Of a stretch of 12,828 bases of DNA, positions 1 through 7,802 are shown one piece after another (the first letter of the stretch is position 1; each line of letters starts with the position of its first letter). The notes under the pieces are model-generated. The model was not told the DNA's origin. It worked only from the letters and a program-made list of their open reading frames with translations, and did not search any database. This DNA comes from Selaginella moellendorffii (lineage: Eukaryota; Plantae; Lycopodiophyta): NCBI RefSeq assembly GCF_000143415.4, contig NW_003314501.1, positions 1 to 12,828 of the forward strand, given 5' to 3'. Both the position numbers and the translations under genes were made by a program.

Positions 1-21
1 GACGTGCGTTGCTAGCGTGCA

Positions 22-932
22 TTTGGCCCAAGAAAGGCCAATTTGGCCTAGGAAGGCCATACCCATACCCAGTGTTGGGTGATGAACTGACCACTGGGAA
101 GTCCAAGACTAGAGTGAATACGGACCGACAAGCGGGGTAGCTGGGTGAAGTGTTCAAGAGCCGGCTCTAGTTCCCCCGGGAGATCGACTGGCCGATACTC
201 CCAGTCCAAGGGTGGGTGGCACTATCTACTTGGATACCAGGCGTGGCTCAACGGAACCTCGCTCTAAGCCCATAGCTAGAGCACCCAAAGGCAGAAGGCA
301 GGGAGAGTACCCACGAGGCTTGCATAAGGCCACGGTGTTCCGAAGTGTTGTCCCAAAGACCCAGACTGTGGAAAGGAAGAGGAGTAGTCCTTTGGTGTAG
401 TGACCAAGGATACAGTCGTGGGGTGAGGAAGTCCCAGAGGACCATGGGACTTAGTGGTCGGGCCTGTGGGCCTTGATCCAGTGGCAGTGTCGGCGAACTC
501 AGCCAAGGACAGAAAGGGACTTGGTGGGGACCAGAAAGGAGATATTGGGGAAGGCTATTCCCCATGTCTGCGGGCATCCTAAGGATGCTAAGGGGTGGAT
601 TGGGGATGATCACTCATGGACGGATGGCCCAGTCCTTGAAAGATGGGACTGTGATGCAGGTGGTGTTAAACCACCGGTGTGACCAAGGTAAAGGGACATG
701 GCTTTAACGTAACGGGCTGATATGTCGGTGGTACCTTAGGGTGTCGGTCATGGGACCGGACACGTGGAGCACTTGGACCAAGTGCAATGGTTAAGTGGCA
801 TGGATGCCATTCTCGGGGCTAGCATGCCCCAAGTCCTAACTGGGATTTATGGAGGTTGTGAATGAGACTCCTCCAAGTGGTTGGTGGTGCGGTTAAGTGA
901 CTAAACTAAAATGGAAAAATTAGTCGCTTACA
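22..932 (+). mobile_element. Family A copy 1 (3' half), abutting the satellite of copy 2
   Basis: Colinear with about 8710-9614. Ends GTCGCTTACA at 932, followed by CCGAG. Confidence 0.88.
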
Positions 933-1184
933 CCGAGATGGAGTCCGAGATGGACCCGAGATGGAGTCCGAGATGGAATCCGAGATGGAGTCCGAGAAGG
1001 GCCCGAGATGGAGTCCGAAGTCAAGATTGAGACCGAGACCGGAAGCAAGACTGAGACTGAGACCGGGACCGAGACTGAGACCGGGACCGAGACCGAGACC
1101 AAGACCGAGACCGAGACCAAGACTGAGCCTAAGTCCGAGGCCGAGTCCCAATTCGAGTCCGAGTACGAATCTGAGTTTGAGTCG
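933..1184 (+). repeat. CCGAG-core minisatellite inside copy 2 (partial)
   Basis: The same 12/11-mer block followed by a more degenerate hexamer block. Confidence 0.92.
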
Positions 1185-2556
1185 AAGGGGGTGAAAGCCC
1201 AAAGCATCCGTCTCCCAGACCCTAGGGGGTTTGGTGAGCTCCAAAAGTATAGTAGGGGGAGGACTGCAGTGGAGCCAGTTTGGCCAAGAAAGGTTGGTTT
1301 GTCCCAGGAAGGCTGTACCCAGGTGTTGGGTGATAGGATAACCACTGGGAAGTCCAAAGCTAGAGTGAATACAGACTAACAAGTGGGGTAACTTGGTGAA
1401 GTGTTCAAGAGTAGGCTCTAGTTCCCCCGGGAGATCGAATGGTTGATGCTCCTAGTCCAAGTGTGGGTGGCACTACCTACTTGGATACCTGGCGTGGCTC
1501 AATAGAACCTCGCTCTAAGCCCATGGCTAGAGCATCCAAAAGCGGGAGGCAGGTGTAAGGGACTAAATTTTCCATTCTACTTTAGTCACTTAACTACACC
1601 TCTGACCACTTGGAGGAGTCTCATTCACAACCTCCATAAGTCCAATTCAGGACTTGGGACTTGCTAGCCCCAAGAATGGCATCCATGCCACTCGACATTT
1701 GCACTTCGTCCAAGTGCTCCACGTGTCCGATCCCAGGACCGACACTCAAAGGTACCACCGACATGGCAGCTTGTTACGCTAAAGCCATGCCCAATCACCT
1801 TTGCCACACTGGTAGTCCAATACCACTTGCATCACAGTCTTGGCTCTCCAAGACTAGGGAAACCATCCGTGAGTGGTCATCTCAGACCCACTCCTTAGCA
1901 TCCTTAGGATGCCCACCGACAAGGGGAATAGCCTTCCCCAATATCACTCTGTCAGTCCCCACTAAGTCCCTTTCTGCCCTTGGCCGTGTTTGCCAACACT
2001 GCCACTGGATCGAGGCCCACAGACCCGACCCCTATGTCCCACGGTCCTCTGGGACTTCCTCACCACACGACTGCGTCCTTGGTCACTGCCCCAGAGGACT
2101 GCTCCTTTTCCTTTCCACAGTCTGGGCCTTTGGGACAACATTTCGGAACACCGTGGCCTTACGCGAGCCACCTGGGTACTCTCCCCGCCTTTCGCCTTTA
2201 GGTGCTCTAGCCATGGGCTTAGAGCGAGGTTCCGTTGAGCCACGACAGGTATCCAAGTAGGTAGTGCCACCCACACTTGGACTGGGAGCATCGGCCAGTC
2301 GATCTCCCGAGGGAACTAGAGCCAGCTCTTGAACACTTCACCAAGCTACCCCGCTTGTCGGTCCGTATTCACTCTAGTCTTGGACTTCCCAATGGGCAAC
2401 TCATCACCCAACACTGGGTCCGGTCTTCCTGGGCCAAACTGGCCTTTCCTGGCCAAACTGGCTCCACTGCAGTCCTCCCCCCACTATACTTTTAGAGCTC
2501 ACCAAACCCCCCAGGGTCTGGGAGACGAACGCTTTGGGCTTTCACCCTCTGAGGCT

Positions 2557-3287
2557 CCGGACTCGGACTTGGACTCGGACTCGGACTCGGACTCGGACTC
2601 GGACTCGGACTCGGATTCGGACTCGGACTCGGGCTCGGGCTCGGTCTCGGTCTCGGTCCCGATCTCGGTCTCGGTCTCGGTCTCCATCTCGGACTCCATC
2701 TCGGACTCNNNNNNNNNNNNNNNNNNNNNNNNNNNNNNNNNNNNNNNNNNNNNNNNNNNNNNNNNNNNNNNNNNNNNNNNNNNNNNNNNNNNNNNNNNNN
2801 NNNNNNNNNNNNNNNNNNNNNNNNNNNNNNNNNNNNNNNNNNNNNNNNNNNNNNNNNNNNNNNNNNNNNNNNNNNNNNNNNNNNNNNNNNNNNNNNNNNN
2901 NNNNNNNNNNNNNNNNNNNNNNNNNNNNNNNNNNNNNNNNNNNNNNNNNNNNNNNNNNNNNNNNNNNNNNNNNNNNNNNNNNNNNNNNNNNNNNNNNNNN
3001 NNNNNNNNNNNNNNNNNNNNNNNNNNNNNNNNNNNNNNNNNNNNNNNNNNNNNNNNNNNNNNNNNNNNNNNNNNNNNNNNNNNNNNNNNNNNNNNNNNNN
3101 NNNNNNNNNNNNNNCATCTCGGGTCCATCTCGGACTCCACTTCGGACTCCACTCGGGTCCATCTCGGGTCCACCTCGGACTCCATCTCGGACTCCATCTC
3201 GGACTCCATCTCGGGTCCATCTCGGACTCCATCTCGGGTCCATCTCGGACTCCACTTCGGACTCCAACTCGGGTCCATCTCAGACAC
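2557..3287 (-). repeat. CCGAG-core minisatellite inside copy 3, spanning the assembly gap
   Basis: (GGACTC)n and (GGTCTC)n, then CCATCTCGGACT / CCATCTCGGGT units on both sides of the Ns. Confidence 0.92.
2709..3114. other. Assembly gap (406 N)
   Basis: Run of n inside the satellite of copy 3. Confidence 1.
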
Positions 3288-4151
3288 TTCCACGTGTCAT
3301 GTGTTGGTCCTTTTGGGTCCCTTTTTGGAGCCTCGCCTATGGCTCGCTTCGTGCTCATTCCTCGAGCACTTCGTTGGGAGTTCCACTCCCGCTCTTGACT
3401 TTTCAAGTCAGAGCTTTTGGTCCATACGTGTTATGCTCGTTTGGCTCTCGCTTTGGCCACTACCACGTGGCGCCCTTTCCGGCTCCACTTTGGGGCCTAG
3501 GGATTTTGTGTCTCATAGCAGGGAGAGTACCTATGAGGCTCACGTAGGGCCACGGTGTTCCAAAATGTTGTCCCAAAGGCCCAGACTGTGGAAAGGAAAA
3601 AATGCAGTCCTTTGGTGTAGTGACCAAGGATATAGTTGTATGGCAAAGAAGTCCTAAAGGAATGTGGGTCTTAATGGTCGGGCCTATGGGCCTCTATCCA
3701 GTGGCAATGTTGGCGAACAGGGCCATGGGTAGAAAGGAACTTATTGGGGATCAGAAAAGGGATATTGGGAAAGGCTATTCCCCATGCCTGTAGGCTTTAA
3801 GGATGCTAAGAAGTGGATCTAGGATGATCACTCGTGGATGAATGGCATAGTCTTTGAGAGATAGGACTATGATGTAGGTGGTGTTAGACCACCGGTGTGA
3901 CCAAGGTGAATGGGCATGGCGTTAGCGTAGTAGGCTGATATGTTGGTGGTACCTTGGGGTGTCGGTCATGGGATCAAACACATGGAGCACTTGGACCATG
4001 TGCAATGGTTGAGTGGTATGGATGACATTCTTGGGGCTAGCAAGTCCCTAAGTCCAAAATAGGACTTACGGAGGTTGTGAGTGAGACTCCTCCAAATGGT
4101 CAAAGGTGTGGTTAAGTGACTAAAGTAGAATGGAAAATTTAGTCACTTACA

Positions 4152-4197
4152 GTGTGGTTAAGTGACTAAAATAGAATGGAAAATTTAGTTAGTTACA
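4152..4197 (+). repeat. Second copy of the terminal 46 bp of family A
   Basis: Direct repeat of 4106-4151 with 3 mismatches, ending TTACA. Confidence 0.9.
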
Positions 4198-4508
4198 TTT
4201 GAAAGGTAACAGAAAACACACTATCTAGGAAATACACCGACTTAAATGAGTTATAAAATGACCTCTCCTCTATATCTAAAGGTGTTAAGACTTAAACACC
4301 CTTTAACTGTCACCAACAAAGAAATGACTAATGGAGTTTTCCACCTTTGCTACTTTGAGTACCACTCAGCTTACAAAAGAATGATACATCCCGGCCCGCA
4401 AGGATATAGGGAGAGAGCTAGAGGCTCAACTTTCCTTGAGCAAAAAATCAACCTTATCAGGAAGATTTATACAAATATTATAAATTAGTAGATGAAATTG
4501 TTTATACA
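4198..4508 (-). repeat. Probable 5' part of the chromovirus 3' LTR, interrupted by the family A stack
   Basis: Starts TGTA right after the PPT-like tract, and the 5' LTR ends TACA. No matching 5' LTR segment is inside the window to confirm it. Confidence 0.45.
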
Positions 4509-4523
4509 ACCACGCCCCTTTTC
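4509..4523 (-). promoter_or_regulatory. Probable polypurine tract of the chromovirus
   Basis: Minus strand GAAAAGGGGCGTGGT immediately before TGTATAAAC, about 210 bp after the chromodomain stop. Confidence 0.5.
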
Positions 4524-4735
4524 AATAATGAGTCAACGAGAGAGGGGTGGGGACTTGTGATCAGTCTATAAGGGTTATCCCCATAGTTATGGATTGAACC
4601 CATGCACTAAAATGCAAAAACTAGACTGCCAAAACTGACCCAAATACTAACGAATGAGAGAAACAAAACTTTGATTTATAGAAATATATTATTTTTATTG
4701 ATTTGCAAAATTTTTTATTAGATTTATAAAAGTTA

Positions 4736-4960
4736 CTATTTATTACGATTCTCATACTCTGTGACAAGCTCACGAGCATATGTAAGATTTCTAAGAGGTT
4801 CCCAAGTTGATTCACAAGTCGGATAACCTTTCCATTTAACTAGATATTCTTTGGAATGACCACCATGAGCCTTGTGGGAGAAGAGAATCGCCTCGACCTC
4901 ATACTTAAGATCACCATTTACAATTTTCGGAGGGGGGCAAATGTCTATAGAGCGATCCAC
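4736..4960 (-). pseudogene. Integrase C-terminal chromodomain
   Basis: PPPKIVNGDLKYEVEAIL...EYLVKWKGYPTCESTWEPLRNL. Classical chromodomain motifs with the aromatic Y/W/Y positions retained. Confidence 0.92.
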
Positions 4961-5945
4961 AACAACACAATATAGGATATATCACCAACTCGCTTTAATA
5001 CCCAATGGGGCCCGATATATCTTGGCAACAGTTTTTGAGACAAAGATCCCTTAATATTCAAAATCTGGGAAAGATAACCATACCTGATCTCCCACTTGAT
5101 AGGATACATCCCGACAATACTAATCCTTATCATGTAGATACCAATCATGAGCTTTGCCCATCGCCTCAGTAGCACTAGACCAACCTTGGCATAGTTGCTC
5201 CGCATGACTCTTAACAGCTAGGACCAACATTTTGGACATTGGTTTCGGTACAACAATCTATTAAGAAACCCCATAAGCATTCCCTTGCAGCATCTCCCAA
5301 GGAGAACAGCTAATAGTGCTATGAAATGTATTGTTATAACAGATTTCTATTGTGTCCAAATGCTCAACTTAGTCACAGTTATCTACTGCGATATAGTACC
5401 ACAGATAATCCTTAATTTGAGTATTCACATATTCAGTTTGCCCATCAGTTTGAGGATGATAAGCTATACTAAACTTCAACTTGGTACTAAATAACTAGAA
5501 CAATGTGCCCCAAAACTCCCCATAAATCTTGAATCTCTATCCGAGGTCATCTCTTTAGGAAGGCCATGAACCTGCACTACTTCATGGAAAAAGAGCTTTG
5601 CTGGTTACTTCACATTCATTGTTTCCACAGTTGGAATGAAATGTGCAATCTTCGACAACTAATCCACAACCATCATCAAAGTATCATAACCATTAGACTT
5701 CGGCAAGCAAGTGACGAAGTCAAGTGTCACACTCTTAAATAGCCATGCCAGTATTGGAATGCACTACAACTTCCTAGCTTGCTTCTCAGTTCTACAATTA
5801 CATTGCTAGCATATAGGGCAAAAATGGGCATAATGAGTTACATTACCTTCCATACCAGACCAGAAATATCCCTTTTTCAATGAAGTAAGAGTCTTTCGTT
5901 TTCCACCATATCCCACTGCTGAAACATCATGATGTTCCCATAGAA
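4961..5945 (-). pseudogene. pol: Integrase (decayed HHCC, DDE core, GPY/F), disrupted
   Basis: HDVSAVGYG...YFWSGM...CPIC, VTLDFVTCLP (D at 5721-5719), [37 protein letters not shown]. Confidence 0.93.
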
Positions 5946-6129
5946 ACAACTGCTGTAGATCTTTAGAGCGAAGATATAATTTTTCTTGCTTATATAAATT
6001 AAACCCATCTCAAATTGAGAAGTTAAGCTTTGCAGTGGTACGATAGACAACTTTTGCCACTTCGCTACCAGGATTCTACTTTGACAACTCCATATGGAGC
6101 AAGATTGCATTTGCCAATGGATCACTTAA

Positions 6130-6579
6130 ATACGAAGCCCAAAAATCCTCCAAACAGTCCAAAATGATTGCCGATATTGCCCGGAATTGAGCTTAATGAC
6201 TCAACGCATCCGAAACAATATTGTCTCTTGCCAACAAGCTTGCTTCGGCATAAGTAGCAAAGTAACTTAGTATGTTGCTATCCATATAAACCATGGTATG
6301 TCCACACAAATAGTGTCTCTAGTGTTCCAACATCCATAGTATAGCAAACATCTCTTTCTTGTGTGTTGGCCATCTTCGTTGGGTTTCATATTCTTTGAGT
6401 AGAACACAATGGGACAACCGTGCCGCTTTAGCATAACACCAACTACTTTGTCACAATCTTGCTGCAACAAGGCACCAATAGCATAGCTAGATGCATCACA
6501 ATGCACTTCGAAGGGTTTATCAAAATTTGGGATCCTAAGAACAGGAACCATAGTCAAGATCTCCTTCAACTATACAAAA
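6130..6579 (-). pseudogene. pol: RNase H domain, disrupted; lower limit approximate
   Basis: PVLRIPNFDKPFEVHCDASSYAIGALLQQ...PIVFYSK, then after a frameshift RWPTHKKEMFAI...RHYL. Confidence 0.9.
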
Positions 6580-6741
6580 TGTAGCGCATGTGATCATGGG
6601 ATGAGATTTGGATATACTATTACCGTGGATCCTTGGAACCTTAGGGGATAAATGGGGATAAAATAGCCACTAAGGGCTCTCTCATCAAGCAATTGCCCCT
6701 TTTCCAGTTGGCTTAAGGGGAGAGAAATAAGGTGCGCTACA
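6580..6741 (+). repeat. TRIM 5' LTR (162 bp)
   Basis: 9-bp terminal inverted repeat TGTAGCGCA...TGCGCTACA. About 9 substitutions and 1 indel versus the 3' LTR by manual count. Confidence 0.95.
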
Positions 6742-6743
6742 GT

Positions 6744-6755
6744 TGGTATCGGAGC
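6744..6755 (+). promoter_or_regulatory. TRIM PBS, tRNA-iMet type
   Basis: TGGTATCGGAGC matches TGGTATCAGAGC at 11/12, 2 nt after the LTR's terminal CA. Confidence 0.9.
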
Positions 6756-7075
6756 AAATGGCACGGGTTCGATTCCCATTGATTAGTGGCTACCTAAAAT
6801 ATAATATACCCTTGAGCAAGGTATATTTCTACCTCTAAATTAGAAAAATCGTACGTATTGGGCATCCATGCGTATGTCCTTCCTCTTGTAGAGCATCCCA
6901 GACGAAGGTATCCACCGTGGGACTGCGGTACGGGTGGATGACTAGTTGCCTCACATGGAATAGCTGGTCTATACAATGGAAGGATTGGTAGATTCAGTGT
7001 GGAAATGGAAGTGCTGGTTCCCTTTGGCTCAGTAGGGGTTGTTAGTCAATAGTCAATGAGGACATTGACATCTCT

Positions 7076-7089
7076 GAAGGGGGGGTGAA
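7076..7089 (+). promoter_or_regulatory. TRIM polypurine tract
   Basis: GAAGGGGGGGTGAA directly before the 3' LTR. Confidence 0.88.
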
Positions 7090-7250
7090 AGTAGCGCATG
7101 TGATCATGGGATGAGATTTGGATATACTGTCACCGTGGATCCTTGGAACCTTGGGGGATAAATAGGATAAAATAGCCACTAAGGGCTCTCTCATCAAGCA
7201 ATTGCCCCTTTTTCAATTGGCTTAAAGGGAGAGAGATAAGGTGCGCTACA
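7090..7250 (+). repeat. TRIM 3' LTR (161 bp, first base T>A)
   Basis: AGTAGCGCATG...GGTGCGCTACA, a direct repeat of 6580-6741. Confidence 0.95.
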
Positions 7251-7310
7251 CAAAAGCACACTAACAAGCTGGTGTCTAATGAAACACTATACTACTCTTT
7301 GTTAACTCAA
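7251..7310 (-). pseudogene. pol: RT-RNase H connection fragment stranded between two insertions
   Basis: Reads ELTKSSIVFH*TPAC*CAF. It continues ...PLTE from 9888 and leads into V*LKEILTMVPVL below 6580. Confidence 0.85.
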
Positions 7311-7452
7311 GTATCCAAGTAGGTAGTGCCACCCACACTTGGATTGGGAGCATCGGCTCAAGCTGGTGTCTAATGAAACACTATACTACTCTTTGTTAAC
7401 TCAAGTATCCAAGTAGGTAGTGCCACCCACACTTGGATTGGGGGCATCGGCT
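7265..7452. repeat. 94-bp tandem duplication
   Basis: 7265-7358 and 7359-7452 differ at one position. Confidence 0.95.
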
Positions 7453-7454
7453 CA

Positions 7455-7728
7455 GTCTCGGGCTTGATCTCGGACTCGATCTCGGATCCGACTTTGGATT
7501 CGGTCTCAGACTTGATCTCGGACCCGATCTCGGACTCAACTTCAGACTCGACTTCGGACTCGGTCTCGGACCCGATTCTCGAATCTCGGACTCGGTCTCG
7601 AACTCAGTCTCCGAGTCAGTCTTGGACTCGATCTCAGACTCAGTCCCATCCGATAAACTCTTTGTCATTTTGGTCATGTTTTCGGGGATCCTTTAGCCTA
7701 CGACACCTCGGGGAGTTGGTTCCTTACA
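7455..7728 (-). mobile_element. Fragment of a different TG-starting element with a degenerate CCGAG-type array (putative family B LTR end)
   Basis: Minus strand begins TGTAAGGAACCAACTCCCC at 7728. About 80 bp is absent from family A, followed by GAGTCCGAGATC-like units. The other end is missing. Confidence 0.5.
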
Positions 7729-7802
7729 CTTGGGTCCATCTTGGACTCCATCTCGGGTCCATCTCGAACTCTATCTCGGGTCCATCTCGGACTCCCTCTC
7801 GG

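Larger units (their letters stand above)
1554..3517 (-). mobile_element. Family A copy 3: full-length, inverted, inserted into copy 2
   Basis: Reverse complement of copy 4 (plus strand TGTAAGGGACTAAA...GTGTCTCATA). TSD GCAGG at 1549-1553 and 3518-3522. Contains the N gap. Confidence 0.9.
933..4151 (+). mobile_element. Family A copy 2 (933-1553 joined to 3518-4151), split by copy 3
   Basis: The sequence ...GGAGGCAGG|GAGAGTACC... is colinear with copies 1 and 4 once 1554-3522 is removed. Ends GTCACTTACA at 4151. Its 5' part is displaced by copy 1. Confidence 0.88.
6580..7250 (+). mobile_element. Complete TRIM (terminal-repeat retrotransposon in miniature), 671 bp
   Basis: Direct LTRs at 6580-6741 and 7090-7250, PBS at 6744-6755, PPT before the second LTR, 348-bp non-coding interior, and 5-bp TSD CAAAA at 6575-6579 and 7251-7255. 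Confidence 0.95.

Noticed and set aside
68-98. Box C (GTGATGA) and box D (CTGA) inside a CCCAGTG/CACTGGG stem, as a snoRNA or K-loop
   Set aside because: The boxes are 1 nt apart with no guide region, and box D is lost in copies 2 and 3.
212-613. ORFs repeated almost identically at 8894-9295, suggesting a conserved gene
   Set aside because: The identity comes from the near-identical DNA tract. ORF limits differ in copies 2 and 3, and there is no protein motif.
2329-3657. 442-aa ORF and neighbours
   Set aside because: Artefacts of reading through the 406-N gap and the satellite.
4246-4488. 80-aa plus-strand ORF and other short antisense ORFs over gag-pol
   Set aside because: Short, no motifs, and lying in LTR sequence or opposite a decayed pol.
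4589-4603. Second B-box-like hairpin (minus strand ATGGGTTCAATCCAT) in the host 3' UTR
   Set aside because: One base short of the consensus and without supporting context. Likely chance.
6580-6741. Retrozyme (hammerhead ribozyme in TRIM LTR)
   Set aside because: Only TTGATGAG is present on the minus strand. I found no CTGANGA plus GAAA core with the required stems.
6733-6800. Functional tRNA gene
   Set aside because: Only a T-arm and a loose D-arm resemblance. No anticodon arm or acceptor stem.
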